Part shown: positions 35,919 through 49,235 of the stretch, one piece after another
How the letters are laid out: every line of letters begins with the position of its first letter
Position numbering within the stretch: the first letter of the stretch is position 1
Source of the DNA: Mustelus asterias
Taxonomy: Eukaryota
NCBI RefSeq assembly: GCF_964213995.1
Contig: NC_135834.1
Span: 17,360,001-17,424,000 of the forward strand
DNA length: 64,000 nt
Direction of reading: 5' to 3'
The notes under the pieces: model-generated
The model's input: only the letters and a program-made list of their open reading frames with translations
Databases searched by the model: none
What the model was told of the DNA's origin: nothing
Made by a program: the position numbers and the translations under genes

Positions 35919-38900
35919 TACTCACTTCAGGAGCAGAGCTGAGCGGGAGCAAGCTGGAGAGCAAATTGGGAAGGTAAGAGATTCTGATTCTGAGTGTTTC
36001 GACTGGGGTGGCGGGGGTGGGGGGGGGCGCTGAAATGTGACGCCACAGGAAGGTTGTGATTTGATTGGCTAATCGGGAAACTGACAACTTTGAATCTGTG
36101 TTAAATTTGAACCTGTTTTAAATTACTGGTTATAAGTTGCGTTCAGATTGAGATAATAAGCAGAGATATAAAAACAGTTAAATTTTAAAAATCAATTCAA
36201 AATGAATTCAATGAAATAAGGATGGAGGGTCAGGTGATGTGATGTTCCTGCATGGTGTGGGAGCTGGTGGACCCCATTGTTGTTTCCAGTGACCACATCT
36301 GTAGTATATGTTGGTTGCTCAAGGAACTCCGGCTCAGAGTTGATGAGCTGAATTCTGAGCTTCGGACACTGCGACACATCAGGGAGGGGGAGAGTTACCT
36401 GGACGCTGTGTTTCAGGAGGCAGTCACACCCCTGAGACTAATTAACTTGAATTCGGCCATCGGTCAGAGACAGGAGGGTGTGGCTGCAAGTGAGGCAGGT
36501 AGAGGGATCCAGGAGAAAGTGTTGCAGGAGCCTCAGCTCTTGTCCTTGACCAACTAGTTAGGGATTCTTGCTCCCTGTGTGGCTGGGAATGGACTACAGG
36601 GAGGATGAGCCAATTGACCACGGCACTGTGCTGCAGGGAGACATTCAACTGGGGGTAGAGAAAAGAAATGTAGTTGTAATTGGGGATAGCATATTTAGGG
36701 GCATAAACACTGTTCTCTGTGACCAGGATCGAGGGTCTTGAAGTTTGTGTTGCCTACCTGGTGCTCGGGTTCGGGTATCTCATCTGGGTTGCAGAGGAAC
36801 TTGGAGCGGGAGGGTAAAGATCTAGTTGCCATGGTCCATGTAGGTACAAATGACATAGATAAAACAAGGGCAGAGGTTCTGCTCAGGGAGCATGAACAGC
36901 TTGGAGCTAAATTAAAAAGTAGAACCAAAAAGGCAATAATCTCTGGATTACTACCTGAGCCAGGAGCCAATTGGCACAGGGTTAATAAGATTAAGGGATC
37001 AGTTGTTGGGGAAATTAGAAACCCCAAATTAAAAGAGGAGGTCAGAGTGCAGGTTAGCAATGTGGCAGATGGTTACCAAACAATAAAGGTGGGACAGAAC
37101 GGGTGAATGTCTTTATACACCAAAGAATCATAAAAGAGTAGGGAAATTCACCAGTAGAACACATTTAAAAGCTTTGTATCTAAATGTACGAAGGATTCGG
37201 AACAAAATTCATAAGTTAATGGTGCAAGTAGGAACAAAAAGGTATGATTTAGAGATTACTGAGACATGGTTAAAAGGAGACCAGGTCTGGAAATTGAATA
37301 TCCAAGGGTACTCAGCATTTCGGAAAGATAGACTGAAAGGAAAAGAATGTGGTGTCGCTTTGCTGGTGAAGAAAGGGATCAGTGCTGTAATGAGAAATGA
37401 CATAAACACAGGAGAACAAGATGTGGAATCAGTCTGGGTAGAAATAAGAAATAGCAAAGGGAAGAGGGATTTAGCAGGTGTAATATATAGGTCCCCAAGC
37501 AGTAGTTCTGCAGTGGGGCACAGTATAAACCAGCAACAATCGTGGGTGATTTTAATATGCACATAGATTGGAAGAATCAAATTGGCAAGGGTAGCCTGGA
37601 TGCAAAGTTTGTTGAATGTATTAGAGATTGTTTCTTGGAACAGTATATTGTGGAACCAACTAGGCAGTAGGCTATTCTGGGTTTGGTATTGTGTATTGAG
37701 GAGGGATTAATTGATGACCTCATAGTTAAGGGTCCTCTCGGGAGTAGAGACCATAGGATGGTAGAATTAAAATTTCATTTTGGAGGTAAGAAAGTGGAGT
37801 CCCACACTAGCGTTCTGCAATTAAACATAGGAAATTACGTAGGCATGAGGACAGATTTGGCCCGAGTAGATTGGGCAGGAAGGCTAAAAGGTAGGACAGC
37901 GGATGAGCAGTGGCAGTTGTTCAGGGAGATACTCAATTCCTCACAACTAAAATATATCCCAGTGAGGAAGAAAGATGGTAAGGGGTGGAGGGGTGGGGGG
38001 TGGGGGGGTAAAAAATCATCCATGTCTAAACACTGAGATCAAGGACAATATAAAGACAAAAACTAAGGTATACAATATTGCAAAGGCCAGTGACAGGCTG
38101 GAAGATTGGAAAACTTTCAAACATAAACAAAGGGATACTTAAAAATTAATAAAAAGAGCTAATGTCAATTACAAAAGAAAACTAGCAAAAATATCAAAAA
38201 GGATAGCAAAAGCTTCGATAGGTATATAAAAGTGAAGAGAGTTGCTATGGTGAATGTTGGTCCCTTGGACGATGAAACCGGAGAGTTAATCGTGGGGAAT
38301 ATTGAAATGGCAAAGATGCAAAATCAATACTTTGCCTCAGTTTTCACGGTGGAGGACACTCGTACCATTTCTATAGAATGGGCAAGTCAGAGGTAATAGA
38401 AAGGGTAGAACTTAGAACAATCAACATCGATAGGGAAAAGGTACTCAGCAAAATATTGGGATTGAAGGCAGACAAGTCCCCTGGGCCTGATGGCTCACAT
38501 TCTAGGGTATTAAAGGAAGTGGTGGTGGAGATAGTGGATCCATTGGTTATAATATTCCAAAACTCCCTGGACACGGGGAAGGTTTCAGTGGACTGGAAAA
38601 TGTGTAGAAGCTTTTGTTATCCATTTTGATATTTTGTGCTAGTTTTCTTTCGTAATTTACCTTCGCTCTTTTTATTAATTTTTAAGTATCCCTTTGTTTA
38701 TGTTTGAAAGTTTTCCAATATTCCAGCCTGCCACTGGCCTTTGCAATATTGTATACCTTGGTTTTTGTCCTTATATTGTCCTTGACCTCCTTGTTTAGCC
38801 ATGGATGTCCCCCCCCCCACCGCCCCCCGAACCACCCCCCCCCCCCTCCACCCCTTACCATCTTTCTCCCTAATGTAATGCCCTTATTCAAAAAGGGAGG

Positions 38901-40233
38901 GAGGCAAAATGTGTGAAATTACAAACCAGTCAGTTTAACATCTGTTGTTGGGAAATTGTTGGAATCAATTATCAAGAAAGTAATATCAGGACATTTGGAA
39001 AGTCAAAACGCTATCCATCAGAGTCAGCATGGTTTTATGAAGAGCAAATCATTTTGACTAATTTGTTAGAGTTCTTCAAAGATGTAACAAGCAAAGTGGA
39101 TGATGAGGATCCTGTAGATGTAGTATATGTGGACTTCTGGAAGGCATTTGATAAGGTGCTGCACAAAAGGTTAATTCACAAGGTTAGATCACATGGGATC
39201 AGAGGCAATTTATTAGCTTGGATAGGTGGCTGGTTGATGGACAGAAGACAGAGAGTCGGGATAAATGGTTTTTTTTCTGGATGGCAAGAAGTAACTAGTG
39301 GGGTGCCACAGGGTTCGGTCTTTGGCCCCAGCTATTTACAATCTAGATTAATGACTTGGACACAGGGATATGACACAAAAATAGGCAGGACAGTAAATTG
39401 CAATGAGGAAATAAGGACCTTACAAATGGATACAGATAGGTTAGGAGAGTGGGCCAAAATATGACAGATGGAGTTTAACGTGGATAAGTATGAGGTCATG
39501 AATTTTGGTCGGAAAAAGGGAAGGTGATTTATTATCTAAATGGGGAGAGACTTTGGGGTGCTCCAGTGCAGAAGGACCTGGGTGTCCTTGTTCATGAGTC
39601 ACAGAAAACTAGCATGCAGGTACAGCAGATAATAAAGAAAGACAATCGAATGTTGGCACTTATAGTGAAAGGAATAGCATTGTTGCAACTACACAAGGCA
39701 TTGGTGAGGCCGCACCTGGAGTATTGTGCACAGTTTTGGTCCCCTTTTTTGAGGAAAGATGTAGTGGCACTGGATGCAGTTCAGAGGAGGTTCACTAAAT
39801 TGATTCCAGAGATGAGCAGTTTGTCACATGAAGAGAGATTGAACAGTTTAGGCCTATACTCTCTGCAACTTAGAAGAATGAGGAGAGATCAAATTAAGGT
39901 ATACAATATGATAAAAGGTATGGATAAAGTAGACGTGGAGCGGATGCTTCCTCTTGTGGGGCATTCTAGGATGAGAGGTTATAGTCTCAGGATAAGGGGC
40001 AGCAAATTTAAAACAAAGGGTTGTGAATCTATGGAATTCGCTACCCCAAAGTGCGGTGGATGCTGGGACAGTGAGTAAATTTAAAGAGGAGTTTGACAGA
40101 TTTTTAATTGGTAATGGGTTGAAGAGTTATGGGAAGAAGGCAGGAAAATGGGGATGAGGAGCATATCAGCCATGACCAAAATGGCGGAGCAGACTCAATG
40201 GGCCGAATGGTCTAATTCTGCTCCTATATCTTA
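35919..40233 (+). mobile_element. Full-length, degraded CR1 LINE (esterase ORF1 plus ORF2)
   Basis: HICSIC…RVDELNSEL, VHVGTND, YLNVRRIRNK, RT motifs, tail cctatatcttat; taatt on both flanks. Confidence 0.9.
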
Positions 40234-40547
40234 TAATTCCAGAGATTTTTTAGTGTATTCAAATTCCACCATCTGCCGTGGCGGGATTCGAACCAGGTCC
40301 CCAGAACAGTAGGTGAGCTTTTGGATTAAAGTCCAGCGGTTATACCACTAGGCTATCACCTGCCCTAATGAGGTTTGATAATTTACTAAAAAATGGAGGA
40401 ATGGAGAGGGATGGGGGTAAGGTAGAGTTGGGTGTTGTCAGTGTACATGTGAAAACTAACACGGTGCTTTTGGTTGTTGTCATCTAGTGGCAGCATGTAG
40501 ATCAGAAATAGGAGGGGCCAAGGATAGATCATTTTCTTCGAATACTC

Positions 40548-40760
40548 ATTTTCTTACCACAATCTGGGTAGTGGAATGATCTCTCCCCTGTATGAAGGCG
40601 CTGATGCATCAAAAGGTTGGATGACTTCGTGAATCCCTTCCCACAATCTGGGCAGGTGAATGGTTTCTCTCTAGTGTGAACTTGCTGGTGTGCAGTCAGA
40701 TTAAATGATTGCTTGAATCCAGTCCCACAGTTAGAGCATCTAAATGGTCTTTCATCAGGA
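40548..40760 (-). pseudogene. C2H2 ZNF fragment (ZNF-D), about 2.5 fingers
   Basis: Minus translation [58 protein letters not shown]. Confidence 0.85.
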
Positions 40761-41194
40761 ATTTCAATGTTTGATTCTCACAAACCTATCAAACACCTGG
40801 TATTCTCATGCCCAACATATGAGGGAATACTCACTAATTTGGGTATCTCAACAAGACACAATAAGCACAATCAGCTTGTAAGGGAGAATAGATTTTTGTC
40901 TCATCAGTGCCTGTCTGTAATGAGAATCTATTCACTGCTACCTCCTTCTCTGTGGATACAAGAAGTACATCCACAGAATAAACTGCACCAAAACACCCAG
41001 GTTACTTTGACCGCACCTCCCTGCACTGCAACCCTTACAATGACAAGGAGTAGAGATGCAATGCTGTGAGATCCACCATCTCTAACCCACCATCCTGATT
41101 TGGACAGACACCCTTCATCAGTGTTCAGTCAGAGTTCAGGAATTCTCTGCTCCCAGTGAAGCAGGGGATAAAACTGCTACTTCAAAGGTTCAGC

Positions 41195-42715
41195 TACCCA
41201 AAGTAGGCACAGTGGTATCATACATACCTGAAGGGTCAAGCGAGTGGAGGGATGCCACTATAATCGGTAAAGCAGGAAACGCCTCAGGAAAGTACAAACA
41301 CTGGCTCAACATACAAGAGTGAGGGCAAGAAGCCAAAGCTATAGATTGGGAAAATGGGGTGGACAGATGGATGCAAAAAAAGTGAGACCTAAGTCCTGAG
41401 GGTGAGACAGTAAGCATTCATGAACCCAGGAAAAATTCATGAATCATGTGAATGATTTCCTATGGGGTGACACAGAAGAATTTGAAAAAAGGATAATTGA
41501 GAAGCTGAAAACAGAATTTAAAGTAGGGAGTCGAGCAGCTGGTGCTTTTCGATATCTTGGTCTTGATATCCGACAAAGTACCTCTGGTGTAACGATGAGT
41601 CAACACGGATATCTAAACAGTATTGATCCCATTCCCATTACCAGAGAAAGGTCGATGGAAAAAGAGGAACAGGCCAACAAAAAAAGCAGAATTGTTGAGG
41701 GGCATGATAGGACAGCTAAATTGACTATGCATACAGACGAGACCGGATGGGAGCTATAATGTCCGAGAGCTCAGTAATATGTTGAGGCATGCCACAGTCA
41801 GAGAGATCTTGCAGGCTAATAAAACATTTAAAAAGCTAAAATTAAAGGAATGTGTAATTAAATTCCCAGCAGTAGGAGAACCGGAAGATATGAAATTGGT
41901 TGTGTTTAGTGATGCTTTACATGCTAATCTACCAGATGGATATTCGAGTGGTACAAAATTCATAATATTCCTTGTCGGGAAGGAAGGAGAATGTTGCCCC
42001 TTGGCCTAGGAAGCAAAGAAAATGAAAAGGGTAGTCAAAAGCACATTGGTGGCTGAAACCCTAGTGTTAGTGGAAGCGTTGGATATGGGGATATATTTGT
42101 CTGACACATTAGCAGAATTATTTTTTATTGGCACATTGGATAAGAAAGTACCAATTGAGTGTTCTGTGGACAATTGGTCCTTGTGGTTTACTCAACAAAA
42201 ATTGCAACAGAAAAGTGACTAAGAATTGATTTAGCCAGCATTAAACAAATGCTGGAAAACAAGGAAGTTTCCAAACTTAACTGCGTTGGTGCAAATCTAC
42301 AGTTGTCCAACTGTTTTAAAAAAGGGGTGCAGGCACTGAAAGGTTGTTAAGAATACTGGAGGATGGTTGTCTTAAATTATGTTGAAAAAAAATAAAATAA
42401 AGGGAACCTGTTAGAATGCAACTGATGACAACTTTGTGTTGGATGTAATGTGACCAATGGCCACAAACTGTAAGAGTCAGCTCATCCAGTGAACCATGGA
42501 ACCAATTGCAGGATGATGTGATGTTCAGCTGACCAGCTGACTCACTATAAATAAGAACCTGTTTGGAATTGGGTGAGCCTGGAGTGGGCCAGGGTGAGGC
42601 CCCAAGTTTGGAGTAATGAAGTTTCTTCATTAAACTCTTTCTTTGATTTCTAAGTTAGAGTAAGTTTTTTTTAATTATCTGCATTTGAAGAGTTCCTTCT
42701 GAAGATACAATAACT
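41195..42715 (+). mobile_element. Ty1/copia LTR retrotransposon remnant (GalEa-like): RT C-terminus, RNase H, PPT and 3' LTR 42409-42715
   Basis: HVNDFLWG, FRYLGLDI, SQ.GY, TRPD, VFSDA, KRVVKSTLVAE, LRIDLA; purine tract 42385-42406; TGTTA…TAAC(T) with CCAAT, TATAAAT and ATTAAA. Confidence 0.85.
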
Positions 42716-43249
42716 TCCCCCAAAATTCCTACTGTAATTAAAAAGTCTTCAATACTTGTCTTACCCCTTTGCCAGTGAAAAGCCTTTGTACACAAATAAC
42801 CATCCTTCGGTCCTCTGGAATCTCTTTTTTTACTGAATTCGATAACATAATTGAAACAGAAATCAAACCTTTCTATTTGATCCCAGGCAGTAACTTATTT
42901 TTATTACTCATTCTTCATCTTAAATAACTTCATTTGGTTAAGGTACAGCACATTTTCTATGTCAGAATTGTCCCAAACTCAGAAAACAGTGTTGTGAGCT
43001 TTCAACTGTCCATTAATGTCTATCTTATCTCTTCCTTTTTAAAAAAACCTTTATTCCTTCATCCCTAGCTATCAACTAAACTACGTTTTACTTTCTAGAA
43101 TCCCTTTAAATGTCTATCTTTTATCTAATGAATCCCACCTTTAATTCTGTCCTCCTCTGTTTACGATCACCTCTTCTATAATGTATCTTTTACCTTGTTC
43201 ACTTTCGCCTCTTGGATTTTCCCGTTCTGGGAGGGGGGCAGGGGGTGGC

Positions 43250-43865
43250 GGCGCACCCCTCCAAAGGTACTCTGTCCAGGGCCCGGGAGGTTATGCCACC
43301 CCGGAGCTACACCGTCCGAACCTTCCCTTCCAGGTTTTCGGACGGGGTGCTGGGGGCCTCCGGGGTACTCTGTCTGGGCACAATGTTCCGGATTTTCCCC
43401 CAGAGCATGGGGCCCCTCCGGGGTTACTCTGTCCGGGGCTTTGCCTTCCGGATTTTTCCTCGCCAGAGGTTACACCCTCCAAGGTTTCTCTGGGTGGGGG
43501 GGGGGGGGGGGGGGGGGGTAACCAGGGGAGGGGGGATGCCCTCCAGGCCCAAATAATGTAAAACTAAGCCAAGGAACTAATACAATCCTGAGAATAATAC
43601 AATAAGAGACGATCCCTTTACAACAGTGGAGCCCATTATAATTAACAATAGAATCAATTGTAAGTTATCTTGCAATATTCATCCAAATACTTCCAAGGTT
43701 CCACCCCGCCAGGCCAGATCTTCTGGGGTTAAGCCTTCTGTGGTTACATCGTCCTGAATTGCACCTTCCAGGGTTGAACCTTCCTTACTTGCATTTTTGC
43801 TGGGTACACCTTTCCGGGTTATGTCTTCCAGAGCTGCACCTTCCTGGGTTACGCCCTTTGGACAC
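43250..43865. repeat. Degenerate 15-bp-period GC-rich repeat in two blocks
   Basis: Recurring caccttccgggtta-like words at 43250-43485 and 43685-43865. Confidence 0.6.
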
Positions 43866-44480
43866 ACAAGTCTCAACTGGAACATCATCTCAAGTCCCAG
43901 CCGGGACAAAAGTTCTTGCACGAGTTGCAAGCAAGACAGATGGAAACACCCTTTGACCCTCAGACAGAAATCAAGGGGAGTCCCAGGAGGAGGAATTTAC
44001 TGAGGCTTAGAGGTGGTTTTGACTCTGCTTCAAGGAGATTGCTGGCCTAGAAACTGTTGCCAGATATCAAAACAACAAACAGCTCCAACTAACACCAACA
44101 CTGGGAACTAAACCCTCACTCCTTCTGGAGAGAGAGGCAGTCCAGGCAAATAATGCAATGGAAACAGGACGAGAAACCCAAGCACCAGGCCACAACAGCA
44201 ACATGACCCAACACCATCAGTGTGAGTCCAGGATAGAAAATTCACAACATTCTCTCCTCCTGCTGCCTGGAGCAGGATGAGTGTGCATGTGCCCTGCTGC
44301 CCTTTGCCCCTATAAAGATGGCGGCTGGTAACTCGGGACCTCCAACTGAGGCAGATGCTGCCGTGGCACCTATTCAGGTTTCTAGTCCTGTAAGAGGTGT
44401 TCCTGAAGCTTCCCCACCCACTCTCCTGCCTCCGTTCCCCTCCTATGAGTTTCAGAGTCGAGATTCTCCCAATCCTGCAG

Positions 44481-45387
44481 CTTAAGACCAGAAGACATCG
44501 GAGCAGAATTAGGCCACTCGGCCCATCCAGTCTGCTCTGCCATTCAATCATGCCTGATATTTTTCTCATCCCCATTCTCCTGCCTTTTCCCCATAACCCC
44601 TGATCCCCTTATTAATCAAGAACCTATCTATCTCTGTCTTAAAGACACTCAATGACCCGGCCTCCACAGCCTTCTGTGGCAAAGAGTTCCACAGATTCAC
44701 CACTCTCTGGCTGAAGAAATTCCTCCTCATCTCTGTTTTAAAGGATCGTCCCTTCAGTCTGAGGTTGTGCCCTCTGGTTCTAGTTTTTCCTACAAGTGGA
44801 AACACCGTCTCCATGTCCTCTCTATCCAGGCCTTATAGTATCCTGTACGTTTCAATAAGATCCCCCCTCATCCTTCTAAACTCCAATGGGTACAGACCCA
44901 GAGTCCTCAACCGTTCCTCATACGACAAGCTCTTCATTCCAGGGATCATTCTTCTGAACCTCCTCTGGACCCTTTCCAAGGCCAACACACCCTTCCTTAG
45001 GTATGGAGCCCAAAACTGCTCACAATACTCCAAATGGGGTCTGACCAGAGCTTTATACAGCCTCAAAAATCCATCCCTGCTCTTGTATTCTAGCCCTCTC
45101 GACATGAATGCTAACATTGCATTTGCCTTCCTAACTGCCAGCTGAACCTGCACATTAACCTTAAGAGAATCTTGAACAATGACTCCTAAGTCCCTTTGTG
45201 TTTCTGATTTCCGAAGCATTTTCCCATTTAGGAAATAGTCAATGCTTCCAATCCTCCTTCCAAAGTGCATAACCTCACACTTTTCCACATTGTATTCCTT
45301 CTGCCACTTCTTTGCCCACTCTCCTAACCTAAGTCCTTCTGCAGCCCCCCTGCTTCCTTGATACTACCTGTCCCTCTACATATCTTT
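44481..45387 (-). mobile_element. 5'-truncated CR1 with candidate TSD tgcagc
   Basis: RT C-terminal ORFs 44566 and 44833; flanks cctgcagc / ttgcagcagc. Confidence 0.93.
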
Positions 45388-45495
45388 GCAGCAGCCTTTG
45401 CGCACGTGCCAACCTGAGCACACACTTTGTGCATGCTCCCTTTCAGAATTCAGAACTGTGCCTGCGTATGAGCCTCCTTTTGTGAGAATAGATAA

Positions 45496-45970
45496 TTTGA
45501 TTTCATTTATTATTGTCCAATGTATTAGTATACAGTGAAAAGTATTGCTTCTTGTGCGCTATGTAAAGCTTACCGTTCATGGAGAAGGAAACGAGAGAGT
45601 GCAGAATGTAGTGTTGCAGTCATAGCTAGGGTGTAGAGAAAGATCAACTTAATGCAAGGTAGACCCATTCAAAAGTCTGACAGCAGCAGGGAAGAAGCTG
45701 TTCTTGAGTCGGTCGGTACGTGACCTCAGACTTTTGTATCTTTTTCCTGATGGAAGGTGGAAGAGAGAATGTCTGGGGTGTGTGGGGTCCTTGATTATGC
45801 TGGCTGCTTTGCCGAAGCAGCAGGAAGTGTAGAAAGAGTCAATGGATGGGAGGCTAGTTTGGATGATGGACTGGGCTACATTCACAACGTTTTGTAGTTT
45901 CTGGCGGTCTTTGGCAGAGCAGGAGCCATACCAAGCTGTGATACAACCAGAAAGAATGCTTTCTATGAGC
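45496..45970 (-). mobile_element. Rex1/Babar LINE 3' fragment
   Basis: IESILSGCITAWYG…IIKDPTHP.H.LF…PSGKRY…RLKNSFFP. Confidence 0.85.
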
Positions 45971-46307
45971 AAGGGATAAAATTATTCAAACAACGAGAAA
46001 CGCAACCAAAATGCACAGGCATGATAATCCTATCCTGGATGTAATAAACAGCAGAAATAGAATAATAGAATACCTACAGTGCAGAAGGATGCTATTCGGC
46101 CCATCGAGCCTGCACTGACAACAATCCCACCCAGGTCCCATCCCCAACAGTTAAATACAAACTCCTCGGAGTCTCAGCTGAGGTATTCAGCAAGTGTCTT
46201 TTTTCATCCACGGGAAAGTGCTTCAGTAAAGGGATGATGGTGCAAAATGTGAGTGTGAATGGGGTCGAGAGAGAGAAACTGTTTCCATTGATGAGATCAG
46301 TAGAAGC

Positions 46308-46620
46308 AGCGGTGGCACAGTGGTTAGCACTGCTGCCTCACAATGCTCAGCACTGCTGCCTCACAATGCTCAGGGATCCGGGTTCGATTCCTGTCTTAGG
46401 TGACTGCGTGGAGTCTGCATGTTCTCGCTTTGTCTGTATGGGTTTCCTCCGGGTATTCCAGTTTCCTCCCACAATCCAAAAAACGTGCTGGTTAGGTGCA
46501 ATCGGCATGTTAAATTCTCCATCAGTGTACCTGAACAGGTGCTGGAGTATGGCAACTAGGGGATTTTCACAGTGAATACATTGCAGTGTAAGCCTACTTG
46601 TGTCACTAATAAATAAACTA
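46308..46620 (+). mobile_element. V-SINE variant with a 23-bp internal duplication
   Basis: cactgctgcctcacaatgctcag twice; aataaataaac tail. Confidence 0.8.
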
Positions 46621-47114
46621 TAAATAAAATAGAACCAGAAGACTGGGATTGACGATAATTAAAGATGGATATGCATTTATATAGCGCCTTTCATGAAAAA
46701 CAACAAACTTGACTCTGGTGAAGGAAAAGGTTTCATGACAATCCCATATTATTTGGTACCTACCTGATTAGAATGAATAATAAATCATAGAATTCCAACT
46801 GTTCAGAAGGTGGCCATTCAGCCCACTGAGCCTGCACCGACAAGAATCCCACCAGGCCCTATTTCTGTAAACACACGTATTTACCCTGTTAATCCTCCTG
46901 ACACTGAAGAGTCCATTTAACATGGCCAATCAACCTAATCCGCACATCTTTGGAGTGGATGGGAAGCGTACATCACAGTATTTGAACTTTAATTGGAAAA
47001 TCATAATCCATCACCTTGACCACCTTGGCCGTGAATACAGGTTTAATGTTTGCAAGTCTGTTGTTTATATAGGCAGACTGCAATTCACCTCATCACACTG
47101 GGGCACTTCTCAAA

Positions 47115-48350
47115 CAAGAAGACAGGAAATAGAAGCAGGAGTAGGCCACCATGCCCTTCAAGCCTGCCCTGCCATTCAATATGATGATGACTGATCCATG
47201 CAGGCCACAATTCCTTTTCTGTGCAATTTCCCCATAGTCCTCTATTCCTCGATCTATCAAATATTTATCCATCTCTCCAAGATCCAGCCTCCACTACTCT
47301 TTGGGGTAGAGATTCACCACACTTTGCAAAAAGAATTTTCTACGCAGCTCAGTTTTGAATGACCAGCCCTTTATCTTGTAGTTATGTCCCCTTGTTCCAG
47401 ACTCTCCCACTAGTGAAAACATCTCACCATCTACCCTGTCAGACCCCCTCAGGATCTTATATGTTTGAATAAGGTCATCCTTCGCTCTTCTAAACTCCAA
47501 GGAATACAGACCCAGACTATTTATTCTCTCTTGATAGGACAACCCTCTCATAGAATCCCTAGGTGCAGATGGGGGCCACTTGGCCCATTAAGCCTGCACC
47601 AACAACAATCCCATCCAGATCCCACCCCAGCAACCCCAAACATTTACCCTGACATTCGGGGGCAATTTAGCATGGCCGATCCACCTAACCCGCACATCTT
47701 TGGAGTGTGGGAAGAAACCGGAGAACCTGGAGGAAACCCACGCAGACACGGGGAAAACGTGCAGAATCCACACAGACAGTGACCTGTGGCGGAAGCGAAC
47801 CCGGGTCCCTGGCGCTGTGAAGCAGCAGTGCTAACCACTGTGCCATCGTATCACCTCATCCCAGGAATTAGCCTGATGCATCTCCTTTGGACTGCCTCCA
47901 GTGTTACTGTATAATTTTTATGGTAAGGAGACCAAAATTGCATGGAGTATTCCAGGCGAGGCCTCAACAGCACAGGACAGCATTGCATTTGGTGCAATTT
48001 GGTACAATTGCACCAAAACCTTCCTATTTTTAAACTCCAATTCGTTTGCAATTAAGGCTAAAAATGCCATCTGCTTTCTTAATTACTTGTGGACCTGCCT
48101 GCGAGCTTTTTGTGATTTATGTGCCGAGGTCCGTCTGTACATCACTCACCTGCAATCTCTCTCCACTTAGATAATAATCTGCCTTTTGATTCCTCCTACC
48201 AAAGTGCACGACCTTATAGTTCCCCACATCAAAGTCCATTTGCCAGGTTTGCACCCAGTCATCCAATCTATCTATATCCCGTTTCAGCCTTTCCCCCTAC
48301 CTTCATATCATCAGCAAATTTGGAAAGCTTACATTTTGTTCATTCCTGTA
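47115..48350 (-). mobile_element. Old CR1 fragment split by an HE1 SINE (47548-47846, minus)
   Basis: RT ORFs 47294 and 47851 flank a complete HE1. Confidence 0.85.
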
Positions 48351-48944
48351 AATAGTGAATTGAGTGCCAAGGCAATGCCGCAAAAGTTTAACTTGAATAA
48401 TTGAACAGACTTCTCTCAACTCCTTCAGTGGATCAAACCGAAAAGCTGAAGTGACAATCCCAAAACGTGGATAACAGTTAACAAAAACAACTTATTGAAA
48501 CCTTTATTTTATCTTTAAAGGATGTCATAAGCACTCCTTAACCAAGTTGTTGGAAATAACAAATCAGTCTAAAATTTGTCAAGAATGAGATAAGGGCTAA
48601 CTCATTGGTTTTAGATAATTATACGCACTTTCTAAACCTTAAAACCATGCTGTCTCTTAGGTTAACTCAAGATAATAGATATAGTTAAAATGTCAAACAA
48701 TACTTGGTAAATATATCTGTCTGTCAATTTATAATTGGTTCTTGACACCTGCTAGCATCTCCTGATGTTTCAATGCAGAGTCTTACTGAAAGATCAGACG
48801 GGTCGAATAAAGGTTTATTCATTATCCAACTGAATGAAGCTTGTCAAGGCCATAAAGGTTCCAGACCTATACTGTATCTGTCCAGACTGGCTGCAAATAC
48901 ATCATTTTACAATTTGCATGATTTATGAACAGTGTGCTTAATTA

Positions 48945-49235
48945 TAGGATAGAAAGATGCCATTCAGCCCATCGAGCCTACGCTGGCAATAATCCTACCC
49001 AGGCTCTATCCCTATAATTCCACACATTTACCGTTCTAACCTCCCTAATACTAAGGGGTAATTGAGCATGGCAGCATACTTAATACCCGCATCTTCAGAC
49101 TGTGGAAACCGGAGTACCTGGAGGACATGGGGAGAATGTGCAAACTCCGCTTAGACAGTTACCCGAGGCCAGAATTGAACCCGGGTCCTTGATGCCATGA
49201 GGCAGCACTGCTAACCACTGTGCCACCATGCCGCC
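48945..49235 (-). mobile_element. HE1 SINE, diverged
   Basis: ggcggcatggtggcacagtggttagc on minus. Confidence 0.85.
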
